Source: Lama guanicoe (taxonomy: Eukaryota). Taken from it: 48,253 nucleotides of DNA. The DNA lies in NCBI GenBank assembly GCA_013239625.1, contig MU053539.1, forward strand, positions 1 to 48,253. The letters run 5' to 3'. The notes beneath the pieces were generated by a model, which was not told the DNA's origin, made no database searches, and saw only the letters and a program-made list of their open reading frames with translations. Of this stretch, positions 22,996-36,619 are shown one piece after another. Within the stretch, counting starts at the first letter, position 1, and every line of letters begins with the position of its first letter. A program made the position numbers and the translations under genes.

Positions 22996-25169
22996 TGCAA
23001 GGGGTGTGATGTCCTGGTCCCTGTGGTCATCAAAGAGACAAGGCTCAGCTGCCTCTTCAGTATGGGGGACCCTCTAAGGGAATGGGACAGTGCCTTCGGG
23101 CTACTCCTTAGATGTCCCCGCCAGGGGCCGTCAACCCCTGGAGGAAACGGCCAGCTCCTATCAGATCGAGTGGAGAGAGTGCACCCACAGCTGGCTGTAC
23201 CTGCTACAGACTCAACAGTGATGATTCACTTCATTCACTACGACTCCTCTGAGCAGAGCACATCCAACTATGAAATGAAGTCTGTGCCTTTGGGCTGTAA
23301 AGACAAGAAAAAGGATGGGAGCGGCACCAGCTGCACCAGCACTACCCCACCGCCTACCCCAGGCAGAGGGCGGAGTGGACTCCCAGGGCCCCTGGCATGC
23401 TTCCCTCCCTCCGCACTACTGTGTCCCTAACACGGGTCACAGGGTCAACGGCTCTGCCTGGAGCCTAGGTATTGAGCTCATGTCAGCTGGGCATATATGG
23501 TTTCATTTCCCCAAATCCCAGGCAGGTAAGTGTCAGCGCCCAGTTTCTATGGACAAGGGAAGAAGCTGAAAGAGGTTAGGTCGCTGGTGCAGTAAAGGGT
23601 GGATCTGGGAGTCATGCCTCGGTTCTGCCTGACTCCACAGCCAGGCTTCTTTGCTGTCACAACACACTTGGCTTGTGTTTCAGTTGCCGAGATGCAGACA
23701 CTGTTCCAGGACGGGAGGGTCATCGCTGTCCCAATACCACATCCACCTGTGAAATGCAGGCACCCAGCAGGGTAAAGCCACCCTGAAAGGTTCTAAGACC
23801 ATCTGTATCTGCCTTCAGAGGAGCTGCCCTGAAGCCAAAAACCAGAGACCACCGGCAGGAAAGCCTTGCCTCAGAGCCAACAGCCAGGCAGGACTGGAAC
23901 TTCCCCTGCAGGAGGCACTTTGCCATACGGGATAGGCTTTTGCAATCAGCCCCGACCCCTAGGTATGTCGCCCCCAGTCTCGGTCTGTTCCCCAGATATT
24001 AGGGATCCAGAGGCGAGCAGGAGCAGAGGAAGTGCTTTGGGGCTGCAATGAGAACTCTGGACATGACCCAGCTGCCGGGTGGTCTGCGGCCCCACAGACT
24101 GGGAACAGAAGTCTGCCTCTACCCGTCTTCGTGTCTGTGTCCTGCAGCTTGTGTGCCTGTAAGATGCGGACGAACGTCCTACCTCAAGAACCTCCCCACC
24201 CCTGAGAAGGGTGTCCTGACCAAACCTCCACACTTCCTCCCCCGCGAGTGAACTTTTTCACACTTTGGGAGGAGTCACCTGCGCTCTGCTGTGCTCCTAG
24301 GGTCTATGACTTAAATCCTGCCATAGCTCTCCTCACACAGCAGGTGGCGTCCCGCTGCTTGCGGGTTCCAGCCCACATCATCCCTGCATCCCCAGGCTGG
24401 CCACAGTACCTGAGGTGTAGTGTCCGGGTGGAGCTTAAAACATGGTTCTTCAGTGATCTAAGGACCTTGACCCTAGGTATTTGGTCAATAAACGGTTGCT
24501 CGTCTTGGACCAGTTATCTCTGTGTTAAAAATGACAGAGGACAGCGGCATAAATAAGACATCTGGGGAGTAAGATTCTCTACCCTCAGAGGGGTGGAGGG
24601 CTGCATCTTTCATACCGTCCCTAATTCCGGAAACTCCTAATAAAAGAGGCGGCAACGTTCATCACACACATGTGGGTCAGTCCGTTGCCCCATCAGCCGC
24701 AGTTCTGGCCTCACAGTGCACCTTGGGCCCAGATACCTGGAGCACCAGTCAGCACACCGAACATTTACCAAGTACCAAGTGGCCGGAGTCCAATCGATGG
24801 ACTGTTGAATGAGCTCAGCCTGCTACTGAGGTGTGTGATGCCGTGCCCAGGGCACAGGTGTCCATGGAGACGGGGCCGTGAATGCACGTAGGGAGGGCAT
24901 GTGGCGTCCAGGTGAGGCCGCCAGCCTCACTCGTAGCTGCCCCTCTGCTGCCCTCCGAGCTCCTCGCTTACCCTGCCTCAACGCCGCCTGCTCTTCCCCG
25001 TGTCCCTCCTCTGCCTCCCTCCGCAGCCTGGCACAGGCCTGTCCTTCAGCATCTGTGACCCCTGGTGGTCCTTTCCGGTCAGCCGACCAAGCAGATGCAG
25101 GATCTCATCCCCGCATTCCGTTTGCCTCTCACTCCCTGTCTTCAGCTGCCCGGCCTCCTGGTGGAGTCT

Positions 25170-25585
25170 GCACTGTCTGGCAGCCTCTGCCTGTGGCACT
25201 TTCCCCAACTGTCCCCTCTGTCTGCAACGTCCTGACCTCAGCTGTCTGCTTTGCTCACTCCTTTCCCCTTCACGTCTTTGTCAAAATGTCACCTCCCCCA
25301 TGAAGCCTACCCTGGTGGCTCTGGTCAGCGGTCTAACCTGCAGCTCTCCCGCTAGCTCCTCACATTACCAGGCCCCGTCCCAGGGTTTGCATTGTTTTCT
25401 GGCCACAGCACCATCACCTTCTACGGCACTGTACAACTTCCTCAGTTGTTATGATGAGGGTTTACGCCTGCCGCCTACCCCTTCCCCTTCAGGGACCGTA
25501 AAGTCCGGGGCGGGGATTTCTGTTGCCATGGGTCCCATGTGGGGAGCAGTGCTTGGCACGCAGAAAGCCCTCGATGAATATTTGC
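25170..25585 (+). mobile_element. L2 3' remnant
   Basis: caaaatgtcacctcccccatgaagcctaccctg...gcagtgcttggcacgcagaaagccctcgatgaatatttgctg. Confidence 0.65.
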
Positions 25586-26224
25586 TGCCTGCAGCAACAG
25601 GGGTGCCTCCCCCACTAGGCTGTGAGTCCCGTGCGGGTCGGGTCGTGTCTCCTCTCCCTTGGGACAGGGCCTCACACTGGGCCCGCGTCCATCTCCACCA
25701 CGCCTCCTGCCCGGCAGCTCCGTGATCTGGGACTCAGGAGTCACCGGGCTTTATTTCAACTTTCAAACGCCTAACTTGAAAGGAAGTTAGACATTTTCAA
25801 CGTTGAGGCTTTACTTTAGACCTGAATTTGATTCTCGACATGCTAATGAAAAATAAATTATTGCTGTTTGTGGAACACTTACAAGTTCACAATTTTCGAT
25901 TAATTTGGGTGTGCTAGTGTGAAATGCTTCGGTTTCAGCAGCTGCAGTACTTCCTTCTCCTCTTACTTTCACTTGTCAGGCTTTTCTTTATGTTTGCAAA
26001 GCAAGGGGAAGTTTTACATCCCTTTCCCCAACAGTCAGGTGACTTGCCCCAGGTGTGTTCCATGTCCTCCTGATGGGAGTGGCAGTGGACGAGTCCACAG
26101 TCAACTCAACTCAGATCAATCAACCTCTCCCTTTCCTTCTGGAAAACTGTCGGACTGAAACATCAGGAAGAGGTCGCAACACCTCATGTCGGAACTCTGG
26201 CAAATGACAGTCTCTCGATCGGCA

Positions 26225-26915
26225 TAAAACGCCCCAGGGACTCAGAGGTTTCAACCTCTGGAACATAGAACCAAAGACAGAGCAGACCTCACTCTGGGAC
26301 CCCAGTCTCCCGCCAGCTCTGCAGCATCATACTCTGAATACAGGCTCACAAATACCCCAGGGACTGCACACTATGAGTCACAAAACCCCAGAGACATCAA
26401 TGACATGCTAAGCTCAGTTACAGACCCACAAAACAGCAGAGAGGGGACCTCACTGCATTGGACACACACCACCAAACAATCCAGTGAACTGAAACTCCTA
26501 CGGGCTCGATCGATGAGGCCAGAGACACAAAATCAGCTCAGACATGACAGGTCTACATGCATTTTAGCAACTTCATAACCTGCAATGCAGAAACCCAATA
26601 GCTCCCAGGCCTCACAGCCTGGACACAGAAGCCACACAATCACAGAGCTCACACTCCCGGGCACAGACACACACAAACAGCTCAGAGCACTGGTGCCGTG
26701 GAGGTGGAGAGCGCGCTCACAACGTTACGTGCAGCCAGCATCGAAGAGACCTCAGACTGTGGTACCCCAAATCCCACCAAGCCCAACGTTCACAGCCTGA
26801 GACACCATAAACTCCCAAAGCTCCAGCAGCCTCAATCCCTGGCACACAGACTTACAGCCAGGTCAGAGATGACACACTCGGTAGGCAGAGCCACCAAAGG
26901 GTCAGACACCTGCCA
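26225..26915 (+). repeat. Degenerate ~38-bp tandem array, cluster 1
   Basis: Units include cagctctgcagcatcatactctgaatacaggctcacaa, tagctcccaggcctcacagcctggacacagaagcc and tcacagagctcacactcccgggcacagacacacacaaacagctcagag. Confidence 0.7.
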
Positions 26916-28380
26916 TCCTGTGTCAAAGAAACTTTGTCATCTCACAACTGAGGGTGTGGCCGCCGAGAAGCTCACTTCCTCACATGCCCATCATTCCAGC
27001 TGCAGACCCGAAGCTCTCTGGAGTCCAGCCACCTGCCTAGAGCCGTCACCACACGAATGGCACTGGGTGCCAGCAAAGGGACATTCATTCCCCTGCCCCA
27101 CTGAGGCAAGTGTGAGTCCGGAAAACACCTTCGCACGGCTCTGTGGCAGCATCCATCAAAATTTAAATTCCATCCTGCACCCACTCTCAGCTTCATGAAA
27201 AGAGGGACACGTGTCAGTCGTATTCTGCAATGTCCCTCCACATTTAGAATAGTGTGAGGCACCCAGTCGGGACTCGAGAGATGTCTGTTTAGCCAAAGGA
27301 TTGTTTGGACCAGCAGTTCCACTGCTATAGTGTCTTAAAGAAATATTCACACCTGCAGAGAGCTGTGTGTACAGTGACAGCAGCAAATTTCTGGGGGTGG
27401 GGGGAGTGCTAAATGTCCAGTAATAGGCATTGACCAGTGGAAGGGTAAGTGAGAGATGAAGTGTTCATATTATACCACGGAGCACCACTAGCTGTGAAAG
27501 ACAATGAGGGGAACCACTTTGACTGGCCAGAGAAGTTTCTAAATGAGAAGCGAGAAGTACTCCTACTCACCAGCGTCTGGGTGCGTGTGTCTACGTGATG
27601 TTTTTCCATGCAGAAAACACGGAATAGAGGGAAACACCTAAACTGACTCCAGTGGTCGCATCTGGTGATCAAACTGATGGAGGCAAGATCTGGAGTGCTT
27701 ATTACTCCTTCTGGTGTGGCTGACTCTATTTCCCAAAATGGCCCAAAATATATCCCAAGGTACATCCCTTTCTTTAAAAATTTTTTTTATTCAACTGTCA
27801 TGCATGTAGCACACTCACCCTTTGAATGGTTTTTTACCATATTCACCATGCTGTGCAACCAACCCCAATGCATAATCGCAGAACGTGAGCAGTCTCTCCG
27901 CAACGTCCCCTCCCACCGGCCCCTGGCACTCACTAACCTGCTTTCGTCTTTATGGAGATGCCTACTCTGGACATGTCATAAAAACAGAATCTTGCACTAG
28001 GCGGCCTTGTGTGTCTGCCTTCTTTCACTTTGCTTCATGTGTTCAAGATTGATCCATGTCGTAGCATGTATCAGTCCTCTGTTCTTTTTGATGGCTGAAT
28101 AATATTCTATTATACGGATATACCACTGTATTTCAAACTGTATTCATTAGCTGGTTGGCGTTTGGGCTGCTTGCACTCTTTGATTGTTGATTCATGCTGC
28201 CAGGAACATCTGTACGCAAAAGTTTTTATGTGAATTTATGTTTTCACACAATTTGGGACATACTTAGGCATAGAATGGCTGAGTCGCATGGCAACTGTGT
28301 GTGTAACTTTGAGGAACTGTCAACCTGTTTTCCACAGCAGCTGCAACATTCTGCATTCCCACCAGCAATGTCTAAGAATT

Positions 28381-28473
28381 AAAAAAAATTTTATGGCATT
28401 TCTGGGAATTGAATCCAGAACCTCGTCCATGCTAAGTAAGCATGCACTCTACCACTGAGCTATACACCCTGCC
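28381..28473 (-). mobile_element. tRNA-derived SINE (vic-1-like), nested in L1
   Basis: ctgggaattgaatccagaacctcgtccatgctaag...gcactctaccactgagctatacaccc. Confidence 0.85.
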
Positions 28474-29087
28474 ACTGAGGATTTAAACTTTCCCACATCT
28501 TCCCAGACACTTGTTACTTACATTTTAAAAATCATATCCTTACTAGCGGGTACCATGTTGTAATTCATTGTTTTCCATCTTGGCTTCCCTATGACTAATA
28601 TTTTCAAGCATCTTTTCATGTCCTTACTGAACATCTGTGTATGTTTTATAGAAACGTCTATTCAGCTGCTGAGTGCATTGTTAATTGGGTTCTTGGTCTT
28701 TTATTATTAGCTTCTAAGAGTCCTTTATACTTTCTGGGTCGTGGTTCCTATCAGAAATATGAATTACAAATATTTTCCCACATTCTCTGAGTTGTGTTTT
28801 CACTTTAGGATGGTACCCTGGAAAGCACATTTCTTGCTGAAGTCTCTTTTACCTAAGTTTTCCTTTATTACCTGTGCTTTTAGTGTCACATCAAAATCCA
28901 CTGCCTAAACCAAAGTCATAAAGATTGACTCCTATACTCTCTTCCAGGAGCTTTATTGTGTTAGCACTTCCATTTGGATTCTGATCCACTTTGAGTAATT
29001 GTGTCTGGCAGTATGAGGCTGGAAGGCAAATTCAGTCTCTTGCATGTGGATATCCAGTTGTCTTGGTACCATTTGCTAAAAAGACTG

Positions 29088-29476
29088 TTTTATTTTTTTA
29101 AATTGAGTTATAGTCAGTTTACAATGTTGTGTCAATTTCTGGTATAGACTGCAAGTTTTCAGTTATACATGCACATACATATATTCATTGTCGCATTCTT
29201 TTTCGCCGTGACCTACCACAAGATCTGTATATATTTCCATGTGCTATACAGTGTAATCTTGTTTATCTATTCTACACGTGCCTGTCAGCATCTACAAATT
29301 TCAAACCCCCAGTCTATCCCTTCCCACGCCACTCCCACATGGCAACCACAAGTTTGTATTCTATCTGCATGAGTCTGTTTCTGGTTTGTATTTATGTTCT
29401 TTTTGTTGTTGTTGTTGTTAAGATTCCAGATATGAGCGATCTCACATGGTATTTTTCTTTCTCTTTCTGGCTTACT
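29088..29476 (-). mobile_element. Camelid-type L1 3' end nested in older L1
   Basis: aattgagttatagtcagtttacaatgttgtgtcaatttctgg...gagcgatctcacatggtatttttctttctctttctggcttact, with flanks aaagactgtt/aaagagtgtt. Confidence 0.88.
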
Positions 29477-30408
29477 AAAGAGTGTTCTTTGCCATTCAGT
29501 TCTTTTGGCACTGTTGTCAAAAAGTCACTCATCACAGATACATGGACTGAGTCCCTGACTCTCGATTCTATTCCACTGATCTACATGTCTACCTTCACGC
29601 CAGTACCACACTGTCTTGTTAACCAGAGCTTTGTTATACGTTTTGAGATTGGACTGTATGAGTCCTCCAACTTTGGTTTTCATTGGTAAGGTTGTTTAAG
29701 CTATTCTGGGTCCCTGGAATTTCTATATGAAGTTCAGGATCAGCCTCTCAACGTCTAACAAACGGCAGGTAGAATATCAATAGGGATTATGCAGAATGTC
29801 TGGATCACTTTGAGGAACGCTGCCATCTTAACAGTTCATGAACACAGAATGTCTTCCCATTTACTTATGCTTTCTTTAATTTCTACTAACTGTGTTTTGT
29901 AATTTTCAGTGTACAACTCCTACACCTCTTTGGTTCAATTAACTCCTAAGTACATGTTCTTTTCATCATATTACAACTGGAATTGTTTTCTTCATCACTT
30001 ATTTGGAGTGTTCACTGCTAGCGTACAGAAATACAATTCAGTTTCGTCTATCAATGGTGGTGACGATTTCACAGGTGTATACATATTCCCAAACTCATGG
30101 AGAAGTACATATGCAATATGTACGGCTTTTTACGTGTCAAGCATACCACAATTAAGTGGTTTAAAGGAACAGAAATGAAAGCAAAATAAAGGCATTCCCA
30201 GAAAAACAAAAAGTCAGGAATTATGTTCCTAGCAGAACTGGCTCACAAGGAGAACTCAAGAAGTTCCTCAGGCTGCAGTGAGTGAGTCCAGATGTTAATT
30301 CGCATCCCCATGAAAAACCAAAGAGCACAGGTGAAGGTAATTATAGAAGTGCAAATAACTTTATGAATACACATTTTTACTCTTTTCGTCCCGTATGTAA
30401 AAAGCAGT

Positions 30409-31068
30409 TGTACATCACCAATTGTCAGAGAAATGCAAATCAAAACTACAATGAGATACTACCTCACACCAGTCAGAATGGCCATTATTAAAATGTCCAC
30501 AAGTGACAAATGCTGGGGAGGGTGTGGAGAAAAAGGAACCCTCCTTCACTGTTGGTGGGAATGTAGTTTAGTGCAGCCATCATGGAGAACAGTGTGGAGA
30601 TTTCCTTTAAAAACTAAAATTAGACTTACCACATGATCCAGCAATCCCACTCCTGGGCATATATCCAGGAGAAAACATAATTTGAAAAGACACATGCATC
30701 CTGATATTCACGGCACCACGATTTACCATAGCCAAGACATGGAAATAACCTAAAACTCCATGGACAGATGACTGCATAAAGAAGTTGTGGTGTACTTCTA
30801 CGATGGAATACTACTCAGCCATGAAGAAGAATAAAATAATGCCATTTGCAGCAACATGGATGGACCTGGAGAATGTCATACTAAGTGAAGACAGAAAGAG
30901 AAATAAGAATACCATGTAATATGGCTTATATGTGGAATCTAAAAGAAAAAAAGGACACAAATGAACTTACCTACAAAACAGAAACAGACTCACAAACATA
31001 GAGAACAAACTTATGGTCACCAGAGGGTAAACGGTGTGGGAAGCGATAAATGGAGAATTTGAAATTTT
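30409..31068 (+). mobile_element. L1 ORF2 C-terminus and 3'UTR fragment (younger family)
   Basis: ORF 30433-30636 [20 protein letters not shown]...[23 protein letters not shown] is the L1 ORF2 cysteine-rich end. Confidence 0.92.
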
Positions 31069-31074
31069 CACTTG

Positions 31075-32560
31075 TTGGGGAGTGATGGCAGTGTTCGCTG
31101 TCTTGGCTGTGATGGTGGGTTCTTTGGTTTACACATCTATCAAACTTCATCACATTGTATATCTGAAGTATGTGTACTTTACTCTACAGGAACCATACCA
31201 CAAGAACGGCGTTAAAAAGTGAAATAAAAAGTAAATAATAGAATAAGGAAAATAAAAAGCATTTGTATAAAACAACATCATATAATTGACTGTTGTCACA
31301 ATACCATATATAATGTAATATATTTGCCAATAACGGCACAAAGGCGGTGGTTGGGAGCAAAACTATGAGGTAAGGAAACAAATCTGGATGGTGACTCAAA
31401 TCCACAAGAACAAATGAAAAGAAGCTGAAATAGTGACAAAGAAGGTTAATATAACAGAAGTTAGAAATATACTCGATATTCTGTCTTATACCAGCTTTCT
31501 AAAGATGTAACATTACGTATAATGTAATAATGATAAGAATATTAATGGGATGTACCCGTTATAGATGTACTATACGTAACAATACGAGGAAAAGAGGGAA
31601 ATGGGAAGAGACCAACATAGGAGTAACGTTTCTCTATCTCATTAGAATTCATATACATCTGAAGCTGACTGTGATCAATTAAAATGCTTATGGTAGCCCT
31701 GGAACAGCTAAGGCAATAACCTAAAAAACAGTAAAAAAAAATCAGTAAAGAAGTTAAAATGCTACATTAGAAACTATCCATCTAATGCAAAAGAAAGCAG
31801 TAAATGAACCAGAGAACAAAAACACACGAGACACACGGGGAAAAAAGTATAACAGCAGGCTTCAGCCTGCATCAACATGAAACGTGAACAGATAAAATAA
31901 CCCAATCACAAGGCAGACGTTGACAGACTGGATGAAAGAAAAAAAAAAGATCCAACTGTCTGTTGTCTCCAGAGGACACAGTTTAGATTCAAAGATACAT
32001 AAATTTACCATACAACCTAGGAATTCTATTCCTAGACAATTCTACCCAAGAGGGATGAAAGCAAGTCAAAATACCCATACTCAAACACTCCGCACTTTTA
32101 TTCATATGAAGCAAACCTAGACACAACCCAAATACTCAACAACCGGTAAATGGATGAAAGAAAAACAGGGACACCCACACAGAGCAATACTACACGGTAA
32201 GAAAAAAGGAAGTACTGATGCACGCAGCAGCATGGATGCATGCCGAGCATGCCAAGCCAGAACAGCCGGTTTAGAAGCCTACCGCATTATATGATTTCAT
32301 GTGAATGGAATTCTAGAAAAGACAGAACTTCAGGCACAGAAATCTATCAGTGGTTTCCAGGCTATGGGAGTGGAGGAAGGAGTCTGATGGCACATGGCAC
32401 AAGGGAATATTTTTCTGTATTTTTATTGTGGAGGTGGTTACACAACTGTATATGCTTGTCAAAACTCTACAAACTGTGTCCTTTAAAAGGTTCACTTTTA
32501 TTGTATGAAATTTTATCTCAATTACCTCTGACTTTTTTTTAAAAAGGAAAAGGAACTTTT
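31075..32560 (+). mobile_element. Old L1 fragments (inter-ORF, ORF2 start and 3'UTR pieces)
   Basis: cccaatcacaaggcagacgttgacagactggatgaaag...gatccaactgtctgttgtctccagaggacaca (endonuclease start) and tatgatttcatgtgaatggaattctagaaaag (3'UTR). Confidence 0.75.
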
Positions 32561-32639
32561 AGGTAAAATATTTAAATACTGGTTACCGTATCCACCTACA
32601 GCGTGATCTCATAAATACGTCTTATTTCGGAATTCTTTG

Positions 32640-33445
32640 CAGACTGGGCCGTCTGCTGGTATTTCCCATGTCAATGGACAACTCCATCGTACTCCTATGA
32701 GTAAACACAGAAACTTAGTCATAACCATTTTTGCAACTCCCTCTCCTTCACCTCAAGTCCAAATCCTTGCTGAGTTCTGCCCATTTTACTTCCCAAATAC
32801 TTGATGTTTCCACTTTTTCCTGTGCCCACCCCATCAGCTCTAGTCCAAAGCCTCCCTGCTTCTGATTGTGAAACCTCCCTTCTAAGTGGCCTCTCACATC
32901 CGCTCAGTGTGTCGGTCTCTGTCTCCCTCTCCCCTCCCTCTCTTCCTGTTGCAGAGCTGTCCCTGACTTTACACGAAGACTACACTCCTACACAAGGACG
33001 TCGAGGCGTGGTCTAGCCCCTGCCCACCTCTTTAGCCATATGGAAAGCAGAGCTTCCTCTTGTCTCTCTTATTGGGCTTCTTTCACACCCTCCAATTTTC
33101 CAAACTTCACTTAGACTGTCCCCTCTTCCTGAAGCCTCTTGATTAGTTAACTCCTGGGCATCATTCACATTTCAACTCAAGTCATGTCTCTTCAGGGAAG
33201 ACTTCCCTAAAGATCTGGCTAAGGTCATTTCCTCCGAAGCCCTGGGGTGGGCCTCTCTGCTCTCACCAATCACAGCAGCAGTTTTCACGTTTATTTGTGT
33301 GACTGTTAGATTCACTATTGTCTCACGATTTCACATAAACTCCATGAAGGCAGTGATGTGTCTTTTTCTTTTTTTCGTATCCCCCAGACACCCAGCATAG
33401 TGCCCTGACCACAGGTGGAGCTTGGTGAACCATTAAACAGAGAGA
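32640..33445 (+). mobile_element. L2 3' remnant
   Basis: caactcaagtcatgtctcttcagggaagacttccct...taaactccatgaaggcagtgatgtgtc...cccagcatagtgccc. Confidence 0.7.
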
Positions 33446-33458
33446 TCATATTCATTTC

Positions 33459-33465
33459 ACTCACA

Positions 33466-33503
<38 letters not shown>
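33459..33503 (+). repeat. (CA)n microsatellite
   Basis: Direct reading of the sequence. Confidence 0.97.
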
Positions 33504-33506
<3 letters not shown>

Positions 33507-35039
33507 CGCTACCACCAGGCACATCCAGATCAGTATGTAGTGTCTGGGCAGCCTTCCTGAGCTGGTTCAGGAGGCTGAGGAAGCACTGGTGGTTTTGCTA
33601 CAGGGCACCTTTGAGCTTCCCTGAGGTGCCACAGCAGTACCTTCAGCAGGCCTAAGAAGCTCTCTGTGTCTGTCGGTGGTAAAGGCTGACTCCTTCCTGG
33701 CTTCACATGCTCAGCACCCCCTAGTTAGGGCTGATGGCGGGTCCTCAGAACGCTCATCACCAAGTGCAGTGAGGCCCTGCCAGCGCTCAGAGCAGGGAGC
33801 CCTCTCCCAACAATAATGGAGCACCCTATCCTCGTACTAGACATGGGAACTGTAGCCGTTCACCCCTCTTAACGTGTTTTCTCCCCTTTGCATTCACTTC
33901 CACGTTTCCTCCTTGAGTCACCCAATCCAGCTCTGCTCCTTCCCAACTGATGACTGCACCTGCATCTCACTCTCTGCGTATGGATTTACTGGGGGAGGGC
34001 TGGACCTACCTACCGCACTGTGTATCTTCTTCCTCTCTTCCCTTCTGAATCTGCAGGCTCCCAGACATCAAGAAAAGTGCTCCGGATGGCCCACAAATGG
34101 GGCGGTGCTGCAGGGGAGGGTGCGACCCTCATCCACAGCCTGGCTCAAAGCAGGACTTCCTTGTAAGTATTGCGTGTGGCCCCACCGAGCCACGGGAGCC
34201 AAAAAAGAGCGAAGGCCTAAGAAGTCCTAATACGGATACTTATGCGGATAGAACACCACTCTCTCTGTAGGGAAGTGCTAGTTGTGATTTGGGTTTGGCC
34301 TCTATCCTGTGTGGCCTCGTTTACACTTGCAGACTTATCTAACCTTCTATCAGGACCTCTCTGCTCCCCTCCCCGCCGCTCCCCACCTACTGTACAAAAG
34401 ATCATTCTCCTGCTTTCAATGCGCTGTCTGGTTTTTCACCTGGCAAAGATATAAAAACATTTTTTTTATTAAATCCTGAAACGTCAAGATACCTAAGAGA
34501 ATGGGTCTTCAGAAGGACTATTTTAAAATTAGAATAGAAAAATTGGCTATGGAATAATGAAGTACAGAAAATAAAAAGTGAATAATAAATGTTATTTGGA
34601 AATTTCCTAGAACTTCACATTTAAGAGAAAAACACTTAATATGTGGTCTCTTGTCTTCCAGGTTTCTTTCTATGCATTTTTAAAAACGATGAGGTGGGTG
34701 GGGAGGTAATGCCTTCATAATGTTGTATCTACTGCTCTGTTTATCATTATACTATGGATACGCTACTTTCCATAAGGATGAGGATGTTGACTGACATCAG
34801 CAGGAGCAAAGATAAGGATAGACCTTCACACCTACGGGGAACTGTCCTCTGTGACGTGTGCATATGGAGATGACACCCCAGTCTTTCATGCACTGAACAG
34901 ACGTCACCTTCAATCCATAAAGAGACCCAGTGTGATCTGATTCACGCTGCTGGACACAGTCACCTGCCTTTTGATCCAGGGGACACCGGACGCTGCAGCG
35001 TGTTCCAGAGTTTGGTGCCGGACACCATGTCTCTGTTTC

Positions 35040-35250
35040 TCTCTGGCCTGGGTACCAATCTGACTCAGCCCTTGCTGGCTGGGTGACTCTGGGTAAGTTC
35101 CTTCACCTGTAAACCTCTACGTGTCTCAGCCTTGTCATCTGTAAAAAGGGATGATAACATGAAAAACGCTTACCTCACAGTGTTGCTGTGAGTAACCGAT
35201 GACCCTTATATTACACATGTGCATAAAGACATGGCTAAACACAGTCCAGG
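35040..35250 (+). mobile_element. MIR SINE remnant
   Basis: ggctgggtgactctgggtaagttccttcacc...tctcagccttgtcatctgtaaaaagggatgataac...tacctcacagtgttgctgtgag. Confidence 0.8.
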
Positions 35251-35710
35251 AGCCTGAGCTTTTCCTCTTGTGTCTCTTCACTTCTGTTTCTGCTTCTACC
35301 GTATCCTTCCCCAGCCCCACATTCTCACCTTCCCCACCCCCACTCCACCCTCTCTCCCTTCTGCCCCTTTCCTCAGGCTCTCCACCTGAAAACACTATTG
35401 GCCATCTCCTCACGATTCAGCTCAGAAAACATGACTACCATCAGCCTTTTGTTAGGTCAATCACGGACATCAGCGGTAGAAACAACGAACACAATAAAAC
35501 TGGCAGTGTGAAAACTACACGAGAAATAAAGTGTTACTAGGAAAGCTTGACTATTAACAATTCTCGTATCTTCATCACATTCAGATCTTCAGAATTTAAT
35601 GAAGGAGAATTACACTTGACAAAACTAATAGCAGAAAGAAAAAAAGCCATATGATGAGGTTCTTAGGCATTTAAATTTCACCTGAAATGTTTTTAAACAT
35701 TTATATACTC

Positions 35711-36508
35711 ATCACCTCACACCAGTCAGAATAGCCATCATACAAAAGTTCACAGATGATAAATGCTAGAGAGGGTGTGGAGAAAAGGGAACCCTCCTAC
35801 ACTGTTGGTGGGAATGCAGTTTGGTGCAGCCACTGTGGAAAACAGTATGGAGATTCCTCAAAAGACTAGGAATAGACTTACCATAGGACCCAGTAATCCT
35901 ACTCCTGGGCATACATCCAGAGGGAACCCTAATTCAAAAAGACTCCCGCACCCCAATGTTCACAGCAGCACTATTTACAACAGACGAGACATGGAAACAG
36001 CCTAAATGTCCATCGACAGATGACTGGATAAAGAAGTGGTGGTATATTTATACTGTGGAATACTATTCAGCCATTAAAAGACAACATAATGCCATTTGCA
36101 GCAACATGGATGTCCCTGGAGAAGTGAAGTAAGGCAGAAAGACAAAGAAAAATACCATATGATATCAATTATAGGTGGAATCTAAAAAAAAAGAAAGAGC
36201 AATGAACTTAAATATAAAACAGAAACCGATTCACAGACATAGAATACAAACTTGTGGTTGCCAGCGGGGAGGTGGGTGGGAAGGGACAGACTGGGAGTTT
36301 GAGATTGGTAGATACTGACAGGCAAATATAGAATAGATAAACAAGTTTAGACTGTATAACACAGGGAAATAGATAGAAGATCTTGGGGTACCTCACGGGG
36401 AACAAGAATATGAAAATGAAGACATGTATATTCATGTATGACTGAAAAATAGTGCTGTATGCCAGAAACTGACACAGCCTTGTAAAGCCACTATCACTCA
36501 ATAAAAAA
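35711..36508 (+). mobile_element. Young camelid-type L1 3' end with TSD
   Basis: cacctcacaccagtcagaatagccatc...ctatcactcaataaaaaa, with TSD ttatatactcat at 35701 and 36509. Confidence 0.92.
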
Positions 36509-36619
36509 TTATATACTCATGTTCTATAATCATCCAGTGACAACTTGATTTCCCATCATTATACAAATCCTATGAAGAGGTCATTAGAGGTCTAATTTCC
36601 TAGAGAAATCTGCACCAAG

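Larger units (their letters stand above)
27775..30040 (-). mobile_element. Old L1 (L1MB-like) 3'UTR plus ORF2 end, carrying nested younger insertions
   Basis: ctttttgatggctgaataatattctatt, ttgcatgtggatatccagttgtcttggtaccatttgct and tatgagtcctccaactttg. Confidence 0.88.

Noticed and set aside
25000..25725. 241-aa ORF as a gene
   Set aside because: It largely overlaps an L2 remnant, has low-complexity S/P/C/L composition and a non-ATG start, and shows no domain.
30433..30636. Cys-rich ORF as a host gene
   Set aside because: It is the L1 ORF2 C-terminal fragment.
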